Virus record (IMG/VR): IMGVR_UViG_3300021962_000304
Span: 1-36,001 of that record
From: a virus
Lineage: Duplodnaviria > Caudoviricetes
Strand: one strand, 5' to 3'
Length of the DNA stretch: 36,001 nucleotides
Part shown: positions 10,010 through 17,877 of the stretch, piece by piece
Layout of the letters: each line of letters opens with the position of its first letter
Position numbering within the stretch: position 1 is the first letter of the stretch
The notes under the pieces: generated by a model
What the model saw: the letters and a program-made list of their open reading frames with translations, nothing else
What the model was told of the DNA's origin: nothing
The model's database searches: none
Translations under genes and position numbers: made by a program

Positions 10010-10207
10010 TTACCTCTTGCTCTTCGCCATCTGTTGTTCACGCTCCCAAGCGGTCAATTTGTCGTGTGCTGCCCATCCCACCAGTTCATCTGAACTGAGC
10101 GGACGGTGATTTGGTGATCCCCACAGCAACTCTTCAACTGTCCGCCCAAGACGCTCTGCTAGGACGAAGTAATACCTGTATTCCTGATCGGCTAGTTGCC
10201 TTTTCCC
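10010..10207 (-). CDS. Tail assembly chaperone -1 frameshift extension (lambda gpT-like)
   Basis: The -1 frame from the slippery site reads GKRQLADQEYRYYFVLAERLGRTVEELLWGSPNHRPLSSDELVGWAAHDKLTAWEREQQMAKSKR* and ends 2 nt before the tape measure start. Confidence 0.85.
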   Translation of the reverse strand, partial: GKRQLADQEYRYYFVLAERLGRTVEELLWGSPNHRPLSSDELVGWAAHDKLTAWEREQQMAKSKR

Positions 10208-10542
10208 TCCACATCAATGGCATCAGGCTTCATTCCGGACATTTCCATCGCCTTTTGAGCAACGAACTCGATTGCGGAAGCCGACTTGTCGGCAATCGCA
10301 TCCATATCCTCTTCAGAGAACACGCGACCCTTGGTTTCGGGGTCGTACACGCAGGCGATGATCAGCGACGGATACATCTTCTGCACATCCACCGTTCCTT
10401 CGGCGGTCATACAAGAAGCGATCAGTTTCGCACGGTCGGCCGCACTCAATGTACGGAGTTCAATATCCAGATCCCATTGGGGGACGTGGATCGTGGACGA
10501 CTCGATGTCGTTGCTGGCGAGGATTCGGTCACGTAGGGACAC
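10192..10542 (-). CDS. Tail assembly chaperone (lambda gpG-like)
   Basis: 116 aa between tail tube and tape measure; VPQW...LRTLSAADR pattern; slippery heptamer at the 3' end. Confidence 0.85.
   Translation of the reverse strand: MSLRDRILASNDIESSTIHVPQWDLDIELRTLSAADRAKLIASCMTAEGTVDVQKMYPSLIIACVYDPETKGRVFSEEDMDAIADKSASAIEFVAQKAMEMSGMKPDAIDVEGKGN
10201..10207 (-). promoter_or_regulatory. -1 programmed ribosomal frameshift site G GGA AAA
   Basis: In-frame X XXY YYZ heptamer (GAG GGA AAA GGC AAC TAG) two sense codons before the stop, with an open -1 frame downstream. Confidence 0.85.
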
Positions 10543-10565
10543 TTTTGCTCCTTATTGGGTTTGGG

Positions 10566-10982
10566 TTACGACCAAGTGCCGCGGGTAACGGCTCCGGTCA
10601 CTTGCAGTTCGACGGAGGCGGACACGACATCCGCAACCGGGGAACCGATGTTGTAGGCGGTCACGTACGCCTCACCCGAATACTTGACCAGACCAGCGGT
10701 GGAGCCAGCCGGACCGTATTCAAACGAGAGGGAAGCGGTCTGCCCGAGAACGGCCGCAATGTGAGCGTCGAAGGTCGAGTCCCACTTGCCGGTGAGGCTG
10801 ATCGTCGCATCCTTCAAACCGACGATGTAGGACTTGGCTCCGGTGGTTCCGAAAGCGGTCACATCGGCGGTGTCAATGGACTCGGGGAACGAAACCTCCA
10901 TCAGGTACGAACTGATATCGGTGAGAGTGCCGCTCGAGTTGTCCAACTTGAAAACTGCTGACTTGCCGTGGACGAATGCCAT
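10566..10982 (-). CDS. Major tail tube protein
   Basis: 138 aa; DTADVTAFG...YIVGLKD.TISL.G.WD, and YSGEAYVTAY; lies before the chaperone. Confidence 0.85.
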   Translation of the reverse strand: MAFVHGKSAVFKLDNSSGTLTDISSYLMEVSFPESIDTADVTAFGTTGAKSYIVGLKDATISLTGKWDSTFDAHIAAVLGQTASLSFEYGPAGSTAGLVKYSGEAYVTAYNIGSPVADVVSASVELQVTGAVTRGTWS

Positions 10983-11612
10983 TTCTGTGCCTTTCGATTA
11001 TCGCCGTGCGAACGACGCTTGGTAGGTGATTGAGCCGGTTGACCCGGCGAGGGTGTGTTGTGCCCGCAAATATCTGTTGACAGTCGTTCCAGCGGCCACG
11101 ACCACACGCTCAGATGCCGTCGTAGACGTTGAAACGGCGGTAAATGTCACCAAATCCGCCCAAGTTGAGTTATCTGCGGAATGCTGGATCTTGATTGTGG
11201 TTGACCCATTGCGAGTATTGGCTGTCGCATGGAGGTGAGCGACCCCACCGTTGCTGGTAGAAGTCGAGTTATCGTCAGCCGAACCGTTCCCGGTGGCTGT
11301 TTCTGCGGTAAGAGCGTGGAGGGAATCGCCGTAATCAACACCTCCGGTCGCTTGGAATTCGGCAGAAGCCTGAACAACGTCGGCAACAGGGCTACTCAAG
11401 TTGTAGGTCGTTTCGTGAACTGCGGCCAGAAAACCGCGCTTACCCACCGCTGCACCGTCAGGGAACGCGCTGAAAACACCCTCCGAAGCACCCAAAGCAC
11501 CTTGAAAAACCGAATCGGAAGCCCCGTTCACACCGTCAAACATTCCAGCGGCCGAAATAGCCCCATCTTTCAGCCCGACAATGTAGGACTTGGCTCCGGT
11601 GGTTCCGAAAGC
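10825..11612. repeat. Exact 32-bp direct repeat shared by the two tail tube genes (10825-10856 and 11581-11612)
   Basis: atgtaggacttggctccggtggttccgaaagc is present at both positions. Confidence 0.9.
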
Positions 11613-11723
11613 AGTCACATCAGCCGTATCAACACCCTGATTCGCCTGAACTTCCTTCAAATACCCGGACAAATCGGTCGCATTGAAGAGGACAACAGTT
11701 CCCTTACCGTGGACAAACGCCAT
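10998..11723 (-). CDS. Second tail-tube paralog with about 105 aa C-terminal beta-sandwich extension
   Basis: Shares MAFVHGK, DTADVTAFGTTGAKSYIVGLKD and SPVADVV.AS.E.Q.TG with the downstream gene. Extra domain contains IKIQHSADNSTWADLVTF...RYLR. Confidence 0.8.
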   Translation of the reverse strand: MAFVHGKGTVVLFNATDLSGYLKEVQANQGVDTADVTAFGTTGAKSYIVGLKDGAISAAGMFDGVNGASDSVFQGALGASEGVFSAFPDGAAVGKRGFLAAVHETTYNLSSPVADVVQASAEFQATGGVDYGDSLHALTAETATGNGSADDNSTSTSNGGVAHLHATANTRNGSTTIKIQHSADNSTWADLVTFTAVSTSTTASERVVVAAGTTVNRYLRAQHTLAGSTGSITYQASFARR

Positions 11724-11920
11724 CAGACACCGTCCTCTTCATTTGCCGGCTCATCAGAAACCGGGATTTCCTCGACCTTGCCAGAATCCAACTCGATCAG
11801 ATTCTGATCAGTCAACCACTTGATTGACTTTGACGGAATGGAGGTGTGCTCGACCACGGTTCCAGCCTCAAGCCGACCGCTCGGGGTATCTAGCCCCACT
11901 AACACCTTGTATTTCGCCAA
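11723..11920 (-). CDS. Small hypothetical virion-cluster protein (65 aa)
   Basis: Likely TTG start at 11920 after AGAGG. AKYKVLVGLD...AGTVVE...SIKWL...LIE followed by an acidic tail. Stop overlaps the tail tube ATG. Confidence 0.65.
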   Translation of the reverse strand: MAKYKVLVGLDTPSGRLEAGTVVEHTSIPSKSIKWLTDQNLIELDSGKVEEIPVSDEPANEEDGV

Positions 11921-12013
11921 CAGAACCTCTCTTGGGATGTGCTTCCCCAGCACACCCAAGACACGAGGTCACGGAGGGCTGGGGACACGATGGTCACGAC
12001 AACCCGAAGTGTA
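11921..12013 (-). promoter_or_regulatory. Structured 5' leader of the tail operon with GTGNCC repeats and alternative hairpins
   Basis: -10-like TACACT (12008-12013); repeats cgtgacc(a)tcgtgtc at 11984-11998 and 11960-11973; hairpin 11931-11960; alternative pairing of 11944-11951 with 11978-11985. Confidence 0.55.
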
Positions 12014-12018
12014 AACGA

Positions 12019-12050
12019 AAAGCCCTATCGCATCGTCTGAATAGGGCTTT
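12019..12050 (-). terminator. Intrinsic terminator after the transglycosylase gene
   Basis: 10-bp inverted repeat aaagccctat/atagggcttt, running into TTTTCGTTT on the minus strand. Confidence 0.65.
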
Positions 12051-12576
12051 AGTTACAGGGTTCTGTCCACGGTTTCCAGCCGCACTTCCCGATCTCCTCA
12101 CGGCTTGAATACAACTGGTAGGCAAACCAGAGGTTCAACCGCGGATCAAACATATCGGTCGGATGATCCAGCCCTAACTCGGCAAGCCACTTGGAATGAA
12201 TCTGGTTGATCTGGGTCAACCCGGCATCGTGACCATTCCACGCATCCGGAGTGCATCGGGACTCAGTCCACAGAACCGTAGACAATGTCGCCCACTCCTC
12301 TTCCTGCCAGCCAACGGATATAGCGAGATCGTGCCATTCCCCACATCGACCGTGTTCAGCCCTCTCAGACTCAATGACGGCCGCATAATCAACAACCGGA
12401 GCAATGGTCGTCGTAGTCGTCGTTTCCTCAATAGGAGCAACTGTTTCAGACACAGCCACCACTACCGAGGGTGGCGGATCTATTCGCACCGTCACCTCCA
12501 CAGCCGGTGGCGGAGTCACCCCTCGCTCACCTGCACAACCGACAAGAACCAGCAAAACAAACATCCGCTTGAACAT
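12049..12576 (-). CDS. Lipoprotein lytic transglycosylase (SLT/lysozyme-like fold)
   Basis: MFKRMFVLLVLVGC signal with lipobox, a Pro/Thr linker, then ES(RC), GLTQIN, FDPRLN...AYQLY and GWKPW motifs. Confidence 0.8.
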   Translation of the reverse strand: MFKRMFVLLVLVGCAGERGVTPPPAVEVTVRIDPPPSVVVAVSETVAPIEETTTTTTIAPVVDYAAVIESERAEHGRCGEWHDLAISVGWQEEEWATLSTVLWTESRCTPDAWNGHDAGLTQINQIHSKWLAELGLDHPTDMFDPRLNLWFAYQLYSSREEIGKCGWKPWTEPCN

Positions 12577-12613
12577 GGTCTGTAACACTACCGTCACAAA
12601 ACGGCAGGGTCAA

Positions 12614-12775
12614 TTACTCGTGCCCGTTCTGAGCCTTACACCGAGGACACATAACAGTCCACGGTCGAGTCAAACGAATAGCCAAAAGCCTCTGACAACG
12701 CCAACAACGCGGATTTTCGTCCGCCTGCCGAGGCAACCCGTAGGCATTAGACGACTGATTGTCCACAGACATTAC
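12614..12775 (-). CDS. Mu Com-like zinc-ribbon regulator
   Basis: RCWRCQRLLA...VMCPRCKAQN matches the Com-family pattern RCxxCxxLL...CPRCxxxN. Confidence 0.7.
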   Translation of the reverse strand, partial: VMSVDNQSSNAYGLPRQADENPRCWRCQRLLAIRLTRPWTVMCPRCKAQNGHE

Positions 12776-12956
12776 ACATCGTTTCACGACCCCCCAAAGT
12801 GTCAATCACAATCCTGCTCTCGACCGGATGACCGCACGAAAGAGCCTCACTACCAGCACTTTCGTTCAAACAGACGACCAATGCGTGTTGGGCCGCATCC
12901 AAACACGCCTGAGCAGCCAACAGGGCTTTATGCACAGCAATCAAACCTTCGTTCAC
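12747..12956 (-). CDS. Small hypothetical protein, putative Zn-binding (CGH...CNVC)
   Basis: GTG start overlapping the upstream TGA; helical N-terminus and a CxH/CxxC pair. Confidence 0.5.
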   Translation of the reverse strand: MNEGLIAVHKALLAAQACLDAAQHALVVCLNESAGSEALSCGHPVESRIVIDTLGGRETMCNVCGQSVV

Positions 12957-13348
12957 GCCTGCACCCAACAATTGAACTCACAAGCCAGCATCGGCCGCTC
13001 CTCACCATCAAACCCAGCCGGGTAAATACCCGTCGCATCCAACACCGTCAAAAACGACACCCCAGAAATTGTCACATTCCTAATTGCACCCAAACTCGCC
13101 TGAACAGCCTCAATTTTTGCCCGAGCGGATGGATAATCATTCCGAGCGGCCCGAGCCACAGCCAGAACCGTATGAGTAAACGTCGACGCGACGGAAGCAC
13201 CAAAAACGTGATCCACCTCACCCCGTTGCTCCATCAAAACGACCGAAACATCGGGAGAATCCTGCATCTGAGACAGCCAAATGTTCGTACCTAATGTCCC
13301 CACGCCATCCGACTGCAACCGCGTACCCAAAGCATCCAGAACAGCCAT
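12953..13348 (-). CDS. Tail terminator / tail completion protein
   Basis: 131 aa, last neck gene; LGTNIW..QMQDSPD and G.D.EERP..ACEF patterns. Confidence 0.65.
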   Translation of the reverse strand: MAVLDALGTRLQSDGVGTLGTNIWLSQMQDSPDVSVVLMEQRGEVDHVFGASVASTFTHTVLAVARAARNDYPSARAKIEAVQASLGAIRNVTISGVSFLTVLDATGIYPAGFDGEERPMLACEFNCWVQA

Positions 13349-13764
13349 CAGTACATCACCCTCCGAACAAGTCGCATCAGATACGAGTTCAACATCAACT
13401 CAAAATTCGGCTGGTTAGCGTCAAGCGGATCTTTCAAATACAACGCCTTGCGCCCCTTGGCGTGGCGGTACGTCAAATTGTCGTGCTGTTTCTCCGCATA
13501 CGCAACAGCCGTATTGCCGTAGGAGATTCGCACATGGACAGTTTTCCCATTGAACGAGTACGGAGACACAAATCCGGATGAACGCAACGCCCCCGTAAGA
13601 ACCGGGACCTGACGCTGCGACTCATTGAAAACCTTGTTAGCGACCATATAGAGAGCCGTGCCTACAGCAGGGACGACACCATCCTTGCCGAGGTACTTCA
13701 ATGCTTCGACCATCCGGTTTTCACCGAGGATCATCACCTGAGCATTACCGACCCGAGCCATCAC
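13348..13764 (-). CDS. Neck protein, HK97 gp10-like
   Basis: SQRQVPVLTGALRSSG, YA..QH and KALYLKDP motifs. Confidence 0.75.
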   Translation of the reverse strand: MMARVGNAQVMILGENRMVEALKYLGKDGVVPAVGTALYMVANKVFNESQRQVPVLTGALRSSGFVSPYSFNGKTVHVRISYGNTAVAYAEKQHDNLTYRHAKGRKALYLKDPLDANQPNFELMLNSYLMRLVRRVMY

Positions 13765-14090
13765 GCCCTCCCGTAAGAAACGGTCGTATGGTTATTACCG
13801 TCCTCATCCAAGTGGACCTGAACCGACAAAATCACCGGGCTAGAACCGTCAGGAAGCACAATCTTGGATGACAAACCCACGGTCGGAACACCATAAAAAA
13901 TGATCCGCCCCTCCTCAATGACCTGTCGCCCCTTGTCGTCGTGCGAAACGCGGCCAGTTTGCTGAATCCTGCATCGCACACCAGTCCCAGACCCCGAAAA
14001 GGTCTGCTTACCGTATGAATCCAGCGCGGTTTGGGCGTAAATCGTCACCGTAGATGGCATCAACTCCAGAAAGGCGGCCTCGAGAGTCAT
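13761..14090 (-). CDS. Head closure / stopper protein
   Basis: 109 aa beta-rich; TVTI...LDSYGKQTF and IVLPDG motifs; follows the adaptor. Confidence 0.65.
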   Translation of the reverse strand: MTLEAAFLELMPSTVTIYAQTALDSYGKQTFSGSGTGVRCRIQQTGRVSHDDKGRQVIEEGRIIFYGVPTVGLSSKIVLPDGSSPVILSVQVHLDEDGNNHTTVSYGRA

Positions 14091-14093
14091 ACA

Positions 14094-14519
14094 TCAATCC
14101 ACAGCCGTCGAGTTGGTGGAAGTCCCGTAATTGCTGTCCATACCAATCGCAAAGTTCATCGGACCAAACACATTGTCTTCCGAATCCGCATAAAAATTGA
14201 CACTCGGAGGATTACGACGAGAAGCCTGAAACCGCAAACTTTCAGCCCGTTTCAACAAGGTTGAAGCCTGCGACCCATACTGAGTCGAGATAGACAAATC
14301 CCCAACTGACCGGGAATAGTCAGCCTTAGCGGACACCTTGGAAGCCATCGCTTCGCAAGCCGACGCTGCGGCCAAATAGGCATCCGAGTTCACCTCAGAC
14401 AACAAAAACGAGATTTCCTCGTTCGTTACCTGCTGGTTTGTCGTGTCCGTGTCACCACACAGGAACCTGACCCGATCCGTCGTGGAGTTCGCCGGATCTC
14501 CGCCGTAACTCCACGTCAT
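14094..14519 (-). CDS. Head-to-tail adaptor
   Basis: DRVRFLCGDTD...NEEISFLL and SVGDLSIS motifs; first neck gene after the capsid. Confidence 0.7.
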   Translation of the reverse strand: MTWSYGGDPANSTTDRVRFLCGDTDTTNQQVTNEEISFLLSEVNSDAYLAAASACEAMASKVSAKADYSRSVGDLSISTQYGSQASTLLKRAESLRFQASRRNPPSVNFYADSEDNVFGPMNFAIGMDSNYGTSTNSTAVD

Positions 14520-14523
14520 TGAA

Positions 14524-14748
14524 TCAGCCTTCCTCTACAGCAACCTTCGGGGGTCTTCCAGCCTTCTTGACCGGCTTCGGTTCAACAATCGCATCAGGAA
14601 CGGTCGCCGTCAACTCAATCCGCTGAATGTAGCGGCCAGCCTCAAGCGTCCTACGGTTACGCCAATTATCAGCGTCAACCACAGTTCCCTGTTCGATCTT
14701 CTTGCCACCACCGACCGGAATCGGCTTCAGTACGAGCCAACCGCTCAC
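14524..14748 (-). CDS. Small hypothetical protein with basic AT-hook-like tail
   Basis: 74 aa coupled to the capsid stop; ends PVKKAGRPPK. Confidence 0.6.
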   Translation of the reverse strand: MSGWLVLKPIPVGGGKKIEQGTVVDADNWRNRRTLEAGRYIQRIELTATVPDAIVEPKPVKKAGRPPKVAVEEG

Positions 14749-15695
14749 GAAACCACGCTGGCGAAGAAGTAACCGAGATCCGCGGCCACGACCTTCATAT
14801 CAAACGCCATTTCGGCTTCGATGCGATCAGCCTTGACCGAATCCATCCGCAGACGGCTGGCTCCGATGGTCTGACCCAAACCGCCCGACACACCAGTCCA
14901 CGACATGATGTATCCAGCAGACGGCTGGAGCAGTCCCGGCGAAGGAGCCGAGTAGCAGAGGAGGGCATTCTTGCCGGCGGTGAAGTCGTAGGCGGCCGTG
15001 CCACCCTCGTTGTTCGTCGCCTTGATCGCCTTGGACACGACCACACGATCCACGTCGAACATACGAGCGATCATGTCGGTGGTGATGACGGACGAACTGG
15101 TGTACTTGATGCGATCCACCAGATCGGGGTGGTTCTTCAGTTCCTTGAACACGTCGTAGCCCAAGACCAGCGTGTTGGGCTCGAACCCGGTGGTGGCAAG
15201 GATCTGACGCTTCGCATCTTCCACATCGTTCAGCGGATCGCTGTTCGTGTAGTCCGACCAGAGGTTTGTCGGCGTGTTGTCGGTTCCCCACACGCCGGAG
15301 GTGAAGTAGGTCGAGACGAACTGGGTTTCCATCTTGAGGAGGAGACGGCTGGTCACGAACTCGGTCGCCTCACGATCCACGTTGATGGGGGCATCGGCGT
15401 TGGCGCGAGTCTGATCGCCAATGTCCTTGTGGAAAGCCCACACGTCAGCCGAATACGAATCGGTGGTCAGGTTGTAACCGCCGCCAGCCGACTCGGTCGC
15501 ATCGGCGCGGAGTTGCGCCTCGTCGCGGAACCAGTCGTTCTTCGTGTACTTGAAGAACTTGTCCGACTGCTTATCGACCGGAACAATCGGGAAAATCTTG
15601 TTGGCGATGAAGTTCTCCGCCTTCTGCATATATGCGACCGAGATGTTGGTCAAGATCGCATCAACATGGACCTGAGATTGAGTGGGCTGGGGCAT
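14745..15695 (-). CDS. Major capsid protein
   Basis: 316 aa; HVDAILTNISVAY, IFPIVPVDKQSD and PNTLVLG..VF..LKNHP motifs; strongly C/G-ending codons; follows the scaffold and decoration genes. Confidence 0.9.
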   Translation of the reverse strand: MPQPTQSQVHVDAILTNISVAYMQKAENFIANKIFPIVPVDKQSDKFFKYTKNDWFRDEAQLRADATESAGGGYNLTTDSYSADVWAFHKDIGDQTRANADAPINVDREATEFVTSRLLLKMETQFVSTYFTSGVWGTDNTPTNLWSDYTNSDPLNDVEDAKRQILATTGFEPNTLVLGYDVFKELKNHPDLVDRIKYTSSSVITTDMIARMFDVDRVVVSKAIKATNNEGGTAAYDFTAGKNALLCYSAPSPGLLQPSAGYIMSWTGVSGGLGQTIGASRLRMDSVKADRIEAEMAFDMKVVAADLGYFFASVVS

Positions 15696-15731
15696 GGCTG
15701 GGGGTGACCTTTCCTTGTGGAGATTCTGGGA

Positions 15732-16127
15732 TCAGGCGGCTCGGGCGGGCGAGGCGCAGTTGATGACGGCGGTGAGGAGTTCGTTGTCCGCACCAGCGGC
15801 AAGAATGACCTGTCCGACGATGTAGTTGGTCGTATCGGTTCCAACGGTCTTCGCCCCAGCCTTGCCAGCCGAGGTCGTGCCGATAGCGACACCCTCGTCG
15901 AGGGAAGCGGAAGCGACCACCTTGGTTCCACCGACGACCAGCACCTCGGCGGCCTGACCAGCGGTCGGGGTGTTCTGCAACACGCCCACCGGCTTGTCCG
16001 TGGCCGCGGCACACAGAGCGGCCTGACCCGAGGTATTGATCTTGACGAAGTAATACTGCTTCGCACTCAGGTCGGCAGCAGCCGGGAGCGTGATCTTGAC
16101 GCTGTACTGGTTGAATTCGTATGCCAT
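15732..16127 (-). CDS. Capsid decoration / cement protein (DUF2190-like)
   Basis: 131 aa Ala/Gly/Val-rich; AAADLS..QYYFVK, VGVLQN.P.AGQAAEV...G.TKV motifs. Confidence 0.75.
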   Translation of the reverse strand: MAYEFNQYSVKITLPAAADLSAKQYYFVKINTSGQAALCAAATDKPVGVLQNTPTAGQAAEVLVVGGTKVVASASLDEGVAIGTTSAGKAGAKTVGTDTTNYIVGQVILAAGADNELLTAVINCASPARAA

Positions 16128-16147
16128 TTCAGGGTTCCTTTGCTGGG

Positions 16148-16840
16148 TCAGCGGGTTTCTGCGACGTAGTCGGCGTAGAGGGACGGATTCTTCTCGATCA
16201 GACCGGAAATTGCCTGCTCGACGGTGGCGAACTCACCACGCGAGACAGCGGACTTGGCGAGAGTTTCGATTCGCTGGTACGCATCGCCCGTCTGGGGAAC
16301 GAACGATGAACCGATTTCAGCGAAAATGGCGGCCGATTCAGCCTGACCGTTGGCCGCATCCAAAGCCTTGGAAACGGTTTCGGCAAGTTCGGGAGCGAAT
16401 TCGCTCAGACGGCGCAGAGCCGGGGCGAACTCGTCGTGCTCCAGCGGGAGGTTCGGGTAACGCTCTTCGGACTTGGCGACAGCCTCAGCATCCAGACGGA
16501 TCTCGCGCTCCTTGCGGAGTTCCTCTTCGGCGTACTCGGCGGCCTGACGAGCCTTCTCCAACGCTTCGCGGACAGCCGGGGGAGCCGACTTCAGAAGGGA
16601 ATCCTCGTCGTTCGCATCATCTTCTTCGTCGTCTTCCTCGGGGTTTGCCTCGAGTTCCGCAATGCGAGCGTGAGCCTTCTCCAACTCAGCCTCCAGCGAC
16701 ACCATCTTTTCGATGACGGTGAAGTCTTCGTTGTCCAGTCCGGAGTTCTTCATCAAAATCCATCCTTCATCCAAGTGGGCAGGATGGTCTACGCCTGACG
16801 TTTCTTCAATGTTCAACTTGACCATCTTGCGCGGAGCCAT
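16148..16840 (-). CDS. Scaffolding protein
   Basis: Likely start MAPRK. LNIEETSGVDHPA motif, acidic coiled coil, several hxK[AS] sites and C-terminal NPSLYADY. Confidence 0.8.
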   Translation of the reverse strand: MAPRKMVKLNIEETSGVDHPAHLDEGWILMKNSGLDNEDFTVIEKMVSLEAELEKAHARIAELEANPEEDDEEDDANDEDSLLKSAPPAVREALEKARQAAEYAEEELRKEREIRLDAEAVAKSEERYPNLPLEHDEFAPALRRLSEFAPELAETVSKALDAANGQAESAAIFAEIGSSFVPQTGDAYQRIETLAKSAVSRGEFATVEQAISGLIEKNPSLYADYVAETR

Positions 16841-16897
16841 CGCACGAGGACGGTAGTGATACGCCAAACGGCAATCAACTAAACAATGTTCTATTAC

Positions 16898-17296
16898 TTA
16901 GACGCAGAGCCAATCGTTTAGTGGCACTCTCGGGAAATCGGAGTATTCATCGGGATCACTAGGCGTGTAAATCCACGCTCTTATCACTCCATTTGCAGTC
17001 ATCACATCGGTTTCCACTCGCCTGTAGAACGACGGCACACCCTCCAGTTGATCCATCCGTTGCAATGCCACGAAATAATCCCTGTCGTCGTCGAATGTGA
17101 TTACCTCACCAACCGATGATTCTTGTTCGTCTGGTAGTGCGAACGGGAAATAGTTCATTGTCTGGGCGACTAGGCGGAAGCCGGGGATCAGACACGGTTC
17201 GGATTTGCCGCCCAACATCGTCCACAAACGGTCGTTTCGTTGTCCCTCCCGAAGCGTTCCGTAGACCGCTATCGGCAAAATGCGCTTGTTTGTCAT
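16898..17296 (-). CDS. Gamma-glutamylcyclotransferase (GGCT/AIG2-like) family protein
   Basis: AVYGTLR.GQRN, GEV, MDQLEG...YRR and AWIY motifs. Confidence 0.85.
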   Translation of the reverse strand: MTNKRILPIAVYGTLREGQRNDRLWTMLGGKSEPCLIPGFRLVAQTMNYFPFALPDEQESSVGEVITFDDDRDYFVALQRMDQLEGVPSFYRRVETDVMTANGVIRAWIYTPSDPDEYSDFPRVPLNDWLCV

Positions 17297-17331
17297 AAAC
17301 CGATTATGACCGGCTACTAAACCTGCGTCAA
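17294..17331 (-). promoter_or_regulatory. Sigma70/SigA-type leaderless promoter
   Basis: TTGACG-17 nt-CATAAT-6 nt-ATG. Confidence 0.8.
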
Positions 17332-17335
17332 CCTT

Positions 17336-17812
17336 TTATCGAGATTTTCCTGAACCGTTACACTTGTAGCAGGTGTAACCCGTCTTGCACCACTTGTCTG
17401 ACCGCCCTGCGCCACCACATCTGGTGCATTTCCCGTCGGCTATCAAGGCTTCTCGCTTGACCCTTTTTCTTTTGGCGTGAGCGCGGTCGCTGACATCCGT
17501 GAGAACCAAGGCAACCTCCTCGCAGGTCATTTCGCTCAAGTCGGTGGTGCGGCCGTTTGAAGCCTTCAGGAGAACCTTCTCGTAGGTCGCTGGTTTGAGA
17601 TTTGCTTCCGCAACGATCATAGGAATGAAGGTGTTGATTTGGAGTTGTCGGCGTTCCTCGTCGACTATTTTGATGCGCTCGGCGTGTCGGGTGTAGTGGT
17701 CGGCTTCGCATTGGTCGTTGCAGTAGGTTTCGCCATCAGACCAAATTCCCGTGCGGGCTGGCACGTATTTTTGGCAAGAATGGCAATCTGCTGATTTGAA
17801 GTTTTCCCTCAT
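17336..17812 (-). CDS. Cys-rich protein with DnaJ-type zinc finger
   Basis: N-terminal CHSC...YCNDQC; C-terminal CTRCGGAG...CYKCNGSG (two CxxCxGxG repeats). Confidence 0.7.
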   Translation of the reverse strand: MRENFKSADCHSCQKYVPARTGIWSDGETYCNDQCEADHYTRHAERIKIVDEERRQLQINTFIPMIVAEANLKPATYEKVLLKASNGRTTDLSEMTCEEVALVLTDVSDRAHAKRKRVKREALIADGKCTRCGGAGRSDKWCKTGYTCYKCNGSGKSR

Positions 17813-17847
17813 AGTGAAATTATGTCATACAACTAAACCGTAGTCAA
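17810..17847 (-). promoter_or_regulatory. Sigma70/SigA-type leaderless promoter
   Basis: TTGACT-17 nt-CATAAT-6 nt-ATG. Confidence 0.8.
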
Positions 17848-17877
17848 GTTGTTCTTTTATGGCTCCGACCTGCGGTT

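Noticed and set aside
10825-11612. Direct repeats as a diversity-generating retroelement TR/VR pair or att sites
   Set aside because: No reverse transcriptase or integrase in the window, no adenine-specific mismatch pattern, and the repeat is explained by paralogous tail tube genes.
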